The notes: generated by a model not told the origin, from the sequence alone. Counted from the first letter of the stretch, positions 44,752 to 55,037 are shown. The stretch: 64,000 nucleotides of DNA from Schizochytrium sp. TIO01 (GCA_004764695.1 SMSO01000037.1:3138747-3202746); one strand, 5' to 3'. Numbers and translations: made by a program.

Positions 44752-46374
44752 CTAGTATTTTTTTTGGCGAACATCTTGTCTCAACAACCTTGGGTCTACT
44801 TTATGGTTTTCCTTAAAGTGCTTGATGATAGTATTTCTCGATTCATAAGGTCTTCCACAGAAATCGCACAGAAATATTGGGTCCCCACCCACCGGGTTGT
44901 ATTTCAATATATCAATATAATCAAGAACCTCCCTAGTCACATGTTCCGGTTTAGCGGGAAATTTTTTTAACTTAAAAGTAACCGGCAACATAATTTCTGT
45001 GTAGAGTTTGGCCTTCTTTTCTGGATCAACAAATTGACGGCGCCACTCCAGCAGTTTTTGGCGGTTCTCTTGGTCAGTCCTTTTAACAGCATTATGGTTT
45101 AACTCAATGTGTTCTGTGATATCGTATTTACTTTTAAATATACTTCCGCAGAAATCACACAGAAATAATGGTTTCCCATCCACCGGGTTGTATACCAATA
45201 TGTCAATATTATCACCAACCGTTCTAGTCACAAGTGACGGGTCAGCGCGAAAGTTTGGAAACGTATTCCGAATCGGCAATTTGAGATCTGCGTAGAGTTT
45301 GACCTTCTCTTCTGATTTAACAAATTGTCTGCGCCACTCCAGTAGTTGTTGGCGACGCTCTTGGTCAGATAAACGTTTGGCTAGTTTATGTGCGTATTTA
45401 ATATGTCTGTGAATACTCGCTGTCGATTGATAAGGTCTTCCACAGAAATCACACAGAAATACTGGTTCCCCATCCACCGGATTGTATACCAATATGTCAA
45501 TATCAGGACGAACCATTCTAGTCACAAGTGACTGGTCAGCGCGAAAGTTTGCAAACTTATCCTTATCCGGCAATTTGATATCTGCATAGAGTTTGACCTT
45601 CTTATCTCGATCAACAAATTGACGGCGCCACTCCAGTAGTTGTTGGCGACGCTCTTGGTCAGATAAACGTTTGGCTAGTGTATGTGTGTCTTTAATATGC
45701 CTGACCAAATTACGTTTATCTATGTAATATTTTCCACAGAAATCACACAGAAATATTTTCTCCTTCTCATTCGGTTGGTATATTAAGATATCAATATCAG
45801 GACGAACTATTCTAGTCACAAGTTTTTGATCATTGATTTTAAGTAGAGGTAAGCTGTTAACGGGCAATCTGATATCTGCATAGAGTTTGACCTTCTTTTC
45901 TGGATTAACAAATTGACTGCGCCATTTCAGTAGTTGTTGGCGTCTTTTTGCATCTGCATATTCTGCTGCTGCTGATGATGATGATGATGCTTTGGGATAC
46001 TGCGACAAAGCTGTTTCGTTACCGTCTTCCCAATCCATCGCATCAACCCCCTCTAGAGTATGTAAAGAATCATTATCTTCCCAATCTACCTCACCAACCC
46101 CCTCTAGGGTATGTACAGCATAATCATCTATCCAATCAACACTTGCTGGTGAATTTAGGTTGGATGAGCTTTGTTCCATTTCTGTTGGTGACCCAAAATC
46201 CCACGTGAGTTGATCATTATCCACACGCGTCCCCACTCCACTGTTCGGGGTTGGCTTATCACCAAAAGCATTACTTACATCAAAATCCTCCTCAACAGAA
46301 CTAGCATCACTGCCGTCCAAGGAGTGTTTCCGTTTCTGACCAGTAAGTTGCTCCAAGAATGTCATTTTTTTCAT
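44752..46374 (-). CDS. Modular C2H2 zinc-finger repeat protein, paralog 2 (4 modules)
   Basis: Near-identical N-terminus to paralog 1; four CDFC...H-x4-H modules. Confidence 0.85.
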   Translation of the reverse strand: MKKMTFLEQLTGQKRKHSLDGSDASSVEEDFDVSNAFGDKPTPNSGVGTRVDNDQLTWDFGSPTEMEQSSSNLNSPASVDWIDDYAVHTLEGVGEVDWEDNDSLHTLEGVDAMDWEDGNETALSQYPKASSSSSAAAEYADAKRRQQLLKWRSQFVNPEKKVKLYADIRLPVNSLPLLKINDQKLVTRIVRPDIDILIYQPNEKEKIFLCDFCGKYYIDKRNLVRHIKDTHTLAKRLSDQERRQQLLEWRRQFVDRDKKVKLYADIKLPDKDKFANFRADQSLVTRMVRPDIDILVYNPVDGEPVFLCDFCGRPYQSTASIHRHIKYAHKLAKRLSDQERRQQLLEWRRQFVKSEEKVKLYADLKLPIRNTFPNFRADPSLVTRTVGDNIDILVYNPVDGKPLFLCDFCGSIFKSKYDITEHIELNHNAVKRTDQENRQKLLEWRRQFVDPEKKAKLYTEIMLPVTFKLKKFPAKPEHVTREVLDYIDILKYNPVGGDPIFLCDFCGRPYESRNTIIKHFKENHKVDPRLLRQDVRQKKY

Positions 46375-46413
46375 CGTTTGTTAAATAAAACAAATACTAT
46401 TTTGATTTATGAT

Positions 46414-47493
46414 TTATTTTCTGTTTTTCTTCTGCTTCTTCTCTAGTGCCGTTCCGGTCAGCGTCGCCTTTTGCAGGGTGAAATATGGCCCCGACAGCCA
46501 TGTGTCTAGATTATGGTCGCGTCTAAAGTGATTCATCAATATATGTTTACGTGCATAATCTCTACCACAAAAATCACACACATATCTTGTCTCCTTACTA
46601 TTCGGCTGGTATACTAAGATGTCAATATCATCATGAACCTCTCTAGTTACAAGTTTTGGATCATCGATTTCAATTAGAGGTTTCCTGTTAACGGGCAACT
46701 TGATGTCTGTGTAGAGTTTAAGCCTCTCTCCTGGTTTAACAAATTGTCTGCGCCATTCCAGTAATCGCCGGCGACGGTCTTGGTCAGACCCTATTACTAC
46801 ACCATGAACGACGCGAAAGTGCTGTACCACGTTATCTTTATATTGAAAATATTTTGAGCAAAAATCACACATATATATTTTCTCCTTCTCATTCGGTTGG
46901 TATATTAAGATATCAATATCAGGACGAACCATTCTAGTCACAAGTTTTTTATCATCGATTTCGATTAGAGGTACCGTGTTAACGGGCAATCTGAACTCTG
47001 CATAGAGTTTGGCCTTCTTTTCTGGATTAACAAATTGACTGCGCCATTTCAGTAGTTGTTGGCGTTTTTTTGCATCTGCATGTTCTGCTGCTGATGATGA
47101 TGATGATGCTTTGGGATACTGCGACAAAGCTGTTTCGTTACCGTCTTCCCAATCTATCGCATCAACCCCCTCTAGAGTATGTAAAGAATCATTATCTTCC
47201 CAATCTACCTCACCAACCCCCTCTAGGGTATGTACATCATAATCATCTACCCAATCAACACTTGCTGGTAAATTTAGGTTGGATGAGCTTTGTTCCATTT
47301 CTGTTGGTGACCCAAAATCCCACGTGAGTTGATCATTATCCACACGCGTCCCCACTCCACTGTTCGGGGTTGGCTTGTCACCAAAAGCATTACTTACATC
47401 AAAATCCTCCTCAACAGAACTAGCATCACTGCCGCCCAAGGAGTGTTTCCGTTTCTGACCAGTAAGTTGCTCTAAGAATGTCATTTTTTTCAT
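46414..47493 (-). CDS. Modular C2H2 zinc-finger repeat protein, paralog 3 (2 modules, chimeric tail)
   Basis: Same N-terminus; two modules; the last ~20 codons resemble the 3' end of the NTPase gene. Confidence 0.85.
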   Translation of the reverse strand: MKKMTFLEQLTGQKRKHSLGGSDASSVEEDFDVSNAFGDKPTPNSGVGTRVDNDQLTWDFGSPTEMEQSSSNLNLPASVDWVDDYDVHTLEGVGEVDWEDNDSLHTLEGVDAIDWEDGNETALSQYPKASSSSSAAEHADAKKRQQLLKWRSQFVNPEKKAKLYAEFRLPVNTVPLIEIDDKKLVTRMVRPDIDILIYQPNEKEKIYMCDFCSKYFQYKDNVVQHFRVVHGVVIGSDQDRRRRLLEWRRQFVKPGERLKLYTDIKLPVNRKPLIEIDDPKLVTREVHDDIDILVYQPNSKETRYVCDFCGRDYARKHILMNHFRRDHNLDTWLSGPYFTLQKATLTGTALEKKQKKNRK

Positions 47494-47596
47494 CGTTTGT
47501 TAAATAAAACAGATACTATTTTGATTTATGGTACTTAAATAGATTGCTAAATTAAAAAAAAAATAATGTGCGTAGAACTAGACCTTCTTTCCTGAT

Positions 47597-48679
47597 TTAA
47601 GGATTTGACGGCATCAATCCCGACAACCTTGTGTCTAGTTTATGGTTGCGTCTAAAGTGAACTACCAACATATGTTTACGTGCACAATCTCTACCACAAA
47701 AATCACACACATATATTGTCTCCTTACTATTCGGCTGGTATACTAAGATGTCAATATCATCATGAACCTCTCTAGTTACAAGTTTTGGATCATCGATTTC
47801 AATTAGAGGTTTCCTGTTAACGGGCAACTTGATGTCTGTGTAGAGTTTAAGCCTCTCTCCTGGTTTAACAAATTTACTGCGCCATTCCAGTAGTTGTTGG
47901 CGACGCTCTTGGTCAGATAAACGCTTGTGTTGTTTATGTGCGTATTTAATATGCGCGCGAATACTATCTTTCGATTTATAATGTCTTCCACAGAAATCGC
48001 ACAGAAATACTGGGTCCCCACCCACCGGGTTGTATTTCAATATATCAATATAACCAGGAACCTCCCTAGTCACAAGTGACGGGTTAATGGGAAAGTTCAC
48101 AATATTAAATTTAACCGGCAACATAATTTCTGTATAGAGTTTGACCTTCTCGTTTGGTTTAACAAATTGACGGCGCCACTCCAGTAGTTGTTGGCGACGC
48201 TCTTGGTCAGACAATCTTGACAATTCTCTATGTATATTTTTAATATGCTTGTAAATACTGGTTTTCACTTCAACTTGTGTTCCACAGAAATCACACAGAA
48301 ATGATGGTTTCTCGCCCTCCGGTTGGTATATTAAGATATCAATATCAGGAAGAACCTTTCTAGTCACATATCTCGGGTCAGGGATAGTGCTTGGAACCTC
48401 AATTCCAATGGGCAACTCAAATTCGTTATAGAGTTTGGCCTTCTCTTCTTGTTCAATAAAGTGACTGCGCCATTCCAGTAGTTGTTTGCGTGTTTCTGCA
48501 TCTGAACTAGCATTTGTACCTGCATGTACACGCGTCTCTACTCCACTGTTCGGTGTTGGCTTGTCACCAAAAGCATTACTTACATCAAAATCCTCCTCAA
48601 CAGAACTAGCATCACTGCCGTCCAAGGAGTGTTTCCGTTTCTGACCAGTAAGTTGCTCTAAGAATGTCATTTTTTTCAT
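47597..48679 (-). CDS. Modular C2H2 zinc-finger repeat protein, paralog 4 (3 modules, lacks the acidic DW region)
   Basis: Shares the first ~50 aa with the other paralogs, then goes directly into three modules. Confidence 0.85.
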   Translation of the reverse strand: MKKMTFLEQLTGQKRKHSLDGSDASSVEEDFDVSNAFGDKPTPNSGVETRVHAGTNASSDAETRKQLLEWRSHFIEQEEKAKLYNEFELPIGIEVPSTIPDPRYVTRKVLPDIDILIYQPEGEKPSFLCDFCGTQVEVKTSIYKHIKNIHRELSRLSDQERRQQLLEWRRQFVKPNEKVKLYTEIMLPVKFNIVNFPINPSLVTREVPGYIDILKYNPVGGDPVFLCDFCGRHYKSKDSIRAHIKYAHKQHKRLSDQERRQQLLEWRSKFVKPGERLKLYTDIKLPVNRKPLIEIDDPKLVTREVHDDIDILVYQPNSKETIYVCDFCGRDCARKHMLVVHFRRNHKLDTRLSGLMPSNP

Positions 48680-48711
48680 CGTTTGTTAAATAAAACAGAT
48701 ATTATTTTAAT

Positions 48712-51630
48712 TTATGATTTATATTCTGTTTTTCTTCTGCTTCTTCTTCTACCAGTGCTCTCGTGCCGTTCCACTCTGTTAGTCCGCGTCGCGTTTCGTG
48801 CCTTGTTCATAAATTGAACGTCTCCCCAAAAAACGCCGGCAAGATCACTATGACCACCATCAATGGCCAAAACAATGTCATGGGTATTCTCGTGACAACC
48901 CATGGCGTCGCAATGGATATCTTGAATGTTTTGATGAAGCTCATCAAGATTTGATGTTCCAATTAGTTTTGGGTCAGCATCGCCGCGGCGTGGGTGACGC
49001 AAGAAAGAGCTCAAAAAATCACTCCCTGGTCCTGTCTGACAAACCATCATAATCACAGGACGACGACGGGATTCCCAATCTAAATCCAGCATGAAGTCAG
49101 TGCATGAGGGGTTCTTGTTATTGCTCTTACACAAGTATTGGTTTTCAGCTTTAACTTCACAATATCGTTGCTCAGAGGCCATATCCAGGTCCAGCCCGTT
49201 AACTCGGAAGAACTGTTGACACGTTTCGAGTATGCTTTCTAATGTTTGCTTGTTGTAGACGCCCCAGTGAAAGAGATCATAATTAGCCCCATCATACGGA
49301 TAGTTCCGAGTCATAGTCTTGGACCTGAAAACCAGTTCCGGAAATACACTCACTAAGGCCTTCCTGTTTAGAGTATTAATTTTCTCAAGGGATTCACCGT
49401 AGTTAGGGTGTTTAACCTGTATCATGACGGGGACGAAAGCATCATCGCTAGTGAGATCCTCCACCGATGTACGACGCATCATCGTTATCACATCAGCACC
49501 AAAGTTATCAAAGGGGTAACAAAAGGGTTCGATGAAATCCATCCTGCCCGTCGAGGAGAGTTCGTTCATGTTGCTTAACCACTCCAGCGTCCCATTATAA
49601 CCCCGGGTACAATTCCTCACCAATTTTCCACATGACGATCTTGTGGGCATTTCAAGTTTTTCAAAGGCCAATGCGCGGTGGTCTTCATCGTCGTGTATAG
49701 TGATGTCCTTTGCATGTTCTAGTGTAGCACCCATGTTTTTGAAAGTACACAGCATGGTATAATACTCTAAATAGACCGCCGGCGGCTTTTCCGTATCAAC
49801 CTCACCCGTCAAAATGGCGTCTTTAACGAACTTAAGAAGAGAACCGTCCTTAAGAAAACTGTGCAGTGCCGCCTCGAGTACCAGAGGTTCCGTAAATGTG
49901 ACTTTGATATTTATACCGTCTCTTCGTGACCTTTTTTGAGTCACTTGTAGGACTTGGCACAACCCTACATTGACCAGTTTTGGTGTAAACTCTCCCGATA
50001 ACGGGGCGGGCTGATCTGTGAAGAGATGTGTTACGAGTGCCTCTTTGACTTTGTTGAGTCTATCGGCATTTTCGTCGTCTTGGATCCGCTCGATTGCAGT
50101 CTGTGCGGTGGAGCCTTTTCCATAGCGCCAGGATAATCTTGATTCACGTTCAGATGTTGATAGATTATCAAATACGTCTGGCCGTGTCATGACTGTGACG
50201 AAGCGTCGTATCTCTTTGAGGAACATATCGTTGAGGTTTCCAGAGTTTTCATACTTTCGTGCCAACAGGAGATCCATGAATGCAACTGTCCACCTAGGTC
50301 GTCCTGTAAGCCACTTGCACGTATACTCAAGAATATCCCGATCCAATGTGCTCAAGTCTAGAATACTTCCAAGATAGGCTTCAACACCATCCTTGTCTAG
50401 TGACTTAAAGTCATAATGCAAGGTCTGGATGAAGGAAGCTTTTCCAGTCGCACTGGAAAGTTGCGTTATTATGTGAGCGACCGAGAAACCCGTACCAGAG
50501 AAGATGGGGTAATATATGCGTTGCTGAGTACGTTTTATAGCATTGAGCGTTAGGGAAAATGGTGAGAGCAAAGATCGTTTCTGGCTTTCGTCTGTTGTGG
50601 AGACAAAGTAGTCCATGAAACTTTCTGCTAGTATCTGTGCTTCGTCAACGGCTATATTAAACTTGATAGGATCTATTGATGATCCAATGTTATCCCAGAC
50701 GTTATCTATGCAGTTGTTACACTGAATCGATCTTTCACACAATTTAGTGACTTCGCTAACATCACTTGAGAATCCTAAATGAAATTTGTTGAGGAGAAAT
50801 TCAAAGACATCATATCCGAAATAATACTTTGGTGTCAGCTGTACGCGAAGCCATAGCTCACAGGTAAGTTCTTCTCCGAAGACGTGTCGAAGTACGCAGA
50901 AAACTAAAAGTCGGCAGAATATCAGAGCGTTTGTGTAGACGCTTAAAATCTTACTATTTTCCTTCGGATTAGATTTGTTGAAAAATAGCCCCAGTCCTTC
51001 GTAAATGACTGAGAAATCGGAGCTGCCTGGATTCAGAGTTTGGGCGTCAGCTGCAACGAAATATAGTCCGTAGCTTCTCACGAAAATCTCGAAAATTGTT
51101 CTGGTCTTTCCAGCACCTGAGGTGCCGTAAAAACCAACGACCGATGAGTGGGCACCATGAACAATAGCCTCAAGGAGTTCGCTATCCTTAGGAAAATGCT
51201 CTCCGAGTTCATGAGTAAGGAAATCAGGGACTGCGCTAAGAGAGGCAATATTTTTCGGAACCCGGACATCGCTGCGGAGAAGGTCCTGGAATGTGCCTTT
51301 TGGCTCGAAATATTCTATATCACGGAAAAATATATCCGAATCGTCTGTGATTCGCTGATACAGAGTATCCAGGGTCTCGGAGACCGATGACATCGCCTTA
51401 TAAAAAAAATACTCAGCTTCTGCCGGTTTTAGCTGCCGATTAATATTCGCAATGGCGTCGTCATAGCGCTTGGCCATTTCTTCGGCGATGCCTTCCGTCG
51501 CGAGTAGTGATTCATAGAGCTTGTTGATCTTGTTGTTTAGTTTTTTCACGGCATTTTCCGCAGTCTCATAGCGGGTGAGGACATCGTGAAGTGGAGAAGA
51601 CCACATATGGGTTGCTGCGCCATCCGCCAT
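48712..51630 (-). CDS. Crinkler-type P-loop NTPase + PD-(D/E)xK-like REase domain protein
   Basis: Walker A GTSGAGKT, Walker B IAVDEAQ, SGTG, WLTGRPRW, EPLVLEAA; C-terminal YLEY...YPFDNFGADV...MIQVK resembles the P-x4-G(P/A)D...QxK REase motif of CR-NTPase+REase proteins. Confidence 0.7.
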   Translation of the reverse strand: MADGAATHMWSSPLHDVLTRYETAENAVKKLNNKINKLYESLLATEGIAEEMAKRYDDAIANINRQLKPAEAEYFFYKAMSSVSETLDTLYQRITDDSDIFFRDIEYFEPKGTFQDLLRSDVRVPKNIASLSAVPDFLTHELGEHFPKDSELLEAIVHGAHSSVVGFYGTSGAGKTRTIFEIFVRSYGLYFVAADAQTLNPGSSDFSVIYEGLGLFFNKSNPKENSKILSVYTNALIFCRLLVFCVLRHVFGEELTCELWLRVQLTPKYYFGYDVFEFLLNKFHLGFSSDVSEVTKLCERSIQCNNCIDNVWDNIGSSIDPIKFNIAVDEAQILAESFMDYFVSTTDESQKRSLLSPFSLTLNAIKRTQQRIYYPIFSGTGFSVAHIITQLSSATGKASFIQTLHYDFKSLDKDGVEAYLGSILDLSTLDRDILEYTCKWLTGRPRWTVAFMDLLLARKYENSGNLNDMFLKEIRRFVTVMTRPDVFDNLSTSERESRLSWRYGKGSTAQTAIERIQDDENADRLNKVKEALVTHLFTDQPAPLSGEFTPKLVNVGLCQVLQVTQKRSRRDGINIKVTFTEPLVLEAALHSFLKDGSLLKFVKDAILTGEVDTEKPPAVYLEYYTMLCTFKNMGATLEHAKDITIHDDEDHRALAFEKLEMPTRSSCGKLVRNCTRGYNGTLEWLSNMNELSSTGRMDFIEPFCYPFDNFGADVITMMRRTSVEDLTSDDAFVPVMIQVKHPNYGESLEKINTLNRKALVSVFPELVFRSKTMTRNYPYDGANYDLFHWGVYNKQTLESILETCQQFFRVNGLDLDMASEQRYCEVKAENQYLCKSNNKNPSCTDFMLDLDWESRRRPVIMMVCQTGPGSDFLSSFLRHPRRGDADPKLIGTSNLDELHQNIQDIHCDAMGCHENTHDIVLAIDGGHSDLAGVFWGDVQFMNKARNATRTNRVERHESTGRRRSRRKTEYKS

Positions 51631-52049
51631 CCTTGCCAGTTTGCTCGCTCTGAGTTTGGGGTTTGTTTGCTAGCTTGCATTAACGAGGGAGACTTGTTCT
51701 TGGAAAGTTCGGCGATAGGGGTGTGTGAGGCTAAAGAACATATTCGATTCATACCTTTTCTTTTCTTGCTATAACCAGGTAGAATGGAAAGCGGCCGGCG
51801 CGCTAGGAGGTACGAACAACAGCGCGTGAACCTGGGTGTCCTTGGCCGGGGCTTCGTTGCCTTACTTGTCCTCTTTTACTTGACGACTTACCTACCAATA
51901 CTGAACCCTAATGTATCTGATAATAGTCTCTTACCTGATATCGAAAACCCTAACAATTTGGACTATCTACGTGCACACGGAGTCAAAATATAGATTAGAA
52001 AAAAAAGTTGCTTTCAAATACTAACGATGTGTTTCAAATACAAGACCTA

Positions 52050-53272
52050 ATGGCTCGTCGCGCTTCAAAGACGACCATTTCCGTTCTTGGAACGTTCCTT
52101 TCGTTCGACGCAAAATATTTCATGCTTTTGAGGATAGAAGACCTTGAGAACACAAATTTATATGACGGAAGCCATTGGCGCAGACCTTACAGATGTTGAA
52201 GTCGAAATCTACCTGAATCGTTTTCTTTCTGGTTTTACTGCCGAGTATTTGTCATCTTTGTACACAGCTTATTGGACTAATTAATGAACATGTACAATGT
52301 AAAAAATGGCCCTTGTGTAATAAATACTCCTAGCTCAAAAACATCACATCAGAAGATGTCGCGGCAGAGATTGAACTGTTCTTCAGTGCAGGTGCAACAA
52401 AGAATCGGCAATGGAAGAGCAACAAGGCGTTGACGCGGCTTTACTATGCACTGTATGATGCCATTCGTCTCTGTCACTATGACACCATCTTGGATAAGAA
52501 AAAGAACAAATGGGCAATTTATTTCACGTTTCTTCACAAACAAATTGAATATTCTACAAAGGCTGCGCAGGATTACGCCAGTGAATACAAAATATTAAAA
52601 AAGTCATTTAATGATGACCGCATCAAGGATAGGCTGAAAGAATCACTCCCGGGTCTACTTGCCCAAATGGTACTGACTTATGGCATGGAGGCATCTTCGG
52701 GAAAAAAACACAAACACAATCCGTCGTCACCAAATGCACCTTACGCCGCCTGCAAACACGCAGAAGACATTGATACAGATACCCTATATAAGCCATCGGA
52801 TCACTTCAAAGATTGGCAAAATAATATGGAACAATTGTATGAAACCCAGGGCCACGTGAAGGCTTTACATAGAGACTGCGAACTCCATTCTCCGCCACCA
52901 ATCTACGGAAACGTTCATGCTTCATCGTTAGCCCCAACCTATCTATCAGCATATTACCTTTGTTGCGATATATTTAATCCTTATTCTGTGTTCCAGGGAG
53001 CTGCTGGAGTTAAACTTAATATTCTGAAACACAGTGCCGATGAAATTGCTATTGGTAAGTATTCTGTTTACTCGTTAATCCTCAATAAACTGGATCCAGC
53101 TAAAAACTCTGCATTCGATGGGCTTGTAAAGAAATGCTACGAGGCATGGAAAAATACATGTGAAGACATTACTGTTGAACACCAACACATGAAAAGTATC
53201 TTGAGCTTCGAGGACAGGAATTTGGATGAACGTTTAAAGGAAACTAATATTGATAGCTTGAGTCTATACTAG
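52050..53272 (+). pseudogene. Frameshifted ORFan gene (3' 280 codons still open)
   Basis: Protein-like segments in shifting frames from ~52050 lead into ORF 52430..53272, which has no ATG start. AATAAA follows the stop. Confidence 0.5.
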
Positions 53273-53350
53273 GCTATATTAATAAACTTTTTTTAAAAAT
53301 AGTAATTAATGAGTACTTTCTACCTCTTTTTTTTTTTTTTTTTTCCAAAA

Positions 53351-54677
53351 ATGAACGATACATTCGACCACTTTGAATTCCCGACCGATTCTTTGCGGAT
53401 CTTGTTCAAGACAAGACCCAATGATGAATCATACTTGAAAATTACGCTGGCAGAGAATTGGCGAGATAATTTTTCTGCTTTCAGATGGTATCCCGAACGC
53501 ACCAACGCAGTCAGAAGAATGATTGAGAGGGATGACACAGAAAGGCTTCTCATTAAGCTACTCGTAAGTCGTAACTTGAAACGATTAGAAATAACAGTGG
53601 AGTCCACTTTAGATGAAATTGTACTGCAGGATATGGTGTTTTTTTTTCATGGATCGAATTACCCCGGCTCTTCAACACACCGTATTAACTGAATTAGTAT
53701 TTCGCCACAACGAGCTGTTTTGGTTTGATGTAATCAAATATGTCGAGATAAAGACAGAGAATTTGCGTCTCGTCGTCTCTGATTTTTGCAAATCAGAAGA
53801 ACCCATCTTCGACGAGTTGCCGAGTGCCACACTTATGTGGGCGACCAAGATAGAACTTGAAGGGCCCTTGAAAGGATTTTTGGGGAGAATGGGTTTTATC
53901 ACTAAAAGAAGCAATGTCAATGTCAATGAACTGAACTTTAATGTAACTAACACCGACTTCCTTGCAAATGATAATTTTGGGCCTGATTATATGAAGCCTA
54001 TAGTTATTGAGTACCTCGAAAATATTTGGAATACCATCCGCCCAATGGCCTGACGGTGTTTCGGTTTACTATTCCTGAAGTGCGCCCACTGGATATTATG
54101 ACTTATGTGAATAAGTTAGTAAAGTCAAATGAGACTTCCACCATGGTGCAGTACAAATGCCTACACTAACAGGAATTTATGTTCAATTTCCGAAGTATTG
54201 GGGTCGTCCGCTAGATAGGGTTGAAAATATCATTCTACGAATGCTTTGTTTTCTTCAATTATTGTCTCCGATGGCTCATCGGATGGGAATGTAGAAAGAC
54301 TCATGGATGGACGTGGCTATGGCAATCACATTAGTTCCTACTAAATTGGATTTGCTGACGTTTGATAATGAAAGTGATAATACTGAATTGTTTTTCAACG
54401 ACACTCATCTCGTAAAGAACATTTTCAAGATTCGGAGAGATGTGTTGTTTTGGAATCAAGTTCGGGTGATTTTGCAAGGCCGGATGTTCGAAAATAAAAC
54501 TTCTGAGTTAATGTTGGTCGGTATTAACAGCACACGGTTCAATAATGCCCGTCGATTCGACGCACGTGACAGGAAGTCGGAATGGCTTCATGCTTACTTC
54601 AACATTTTTCTCAGCATACTTGCTGATATTGGAAAGAAGCTCTTGGTGTATAAATCTATCCAGAACAATTTAGACAC
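53351..54677 (+). pseudogene. 5' part of an ORFan gene interrupted by the copia element (also frameshifted)
   Basis: ATG at 53351 after caaaa. Overlapping ORFs 53309..53692, 53613..54053 and 54307..54696, with one shift at a T9 run (53639-53647). Ends ...QNNLD at the TSD. Confidence 0.6.
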
Positions 54678-55037
54678 TAATGAAACGTGGTTATGATTAC
54701 TTAGAGGTATTTGGGGAAATGTCTTAGGTGGTAGTAATTAGTTATTACTATGACTAGGATTGTCTTGTAGAATGTGCTTGATAAATTCAAGTGCTTCTGG
54801 TCGCTTTGGTATTTCGGGTCTGCCTGCAGGTTTTGCTTTGCAGACTCCTCTTGATGCTTGCTTGATTCCCTTCATTCCCTGGTTGATTCCGGCGCAGTGT
54901 TGTACATCACCCATCATGCCATCATGACATCACCCATCATGCCATCGTGACACTTTTGTCCTGCTTTCGTCAGATAGGGGCTCCTCTTAATCTTGCGAAG
55001 TCATGTCGCAGAGATGTGTCTGAATTCCTTCTCAGTA
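54678..55037 (-). repeat. 3' LTR (360 bp)
   Basis: taatgaaacg...cttctcagta on the + strand; contains a 23-bp tandem repeat at 54904-54949. Confidence 0.97.

Larger units (their letters stand above)
42713..46416. repeat. Tandem duplication, unit ~1.85 kb (42713-44563 / 44564-~46416)
   Basis: The block aagcgagcgcgcaagtactc...ggaaccattctagtattttttt begins at both 42713 and 44564. Each unit contains the first Fic codons, a spacer and one zinc-finger gene. Confidence 0.9.

Noticed and set aside
42902-48679. Diversity-generating retroelement explaining the finger variability
   Set aside because: No non-coding template repeat or DGR-type RT was seen (the nearby RT is an ordinary copia RT), and the differences do not look restricted to adenines.
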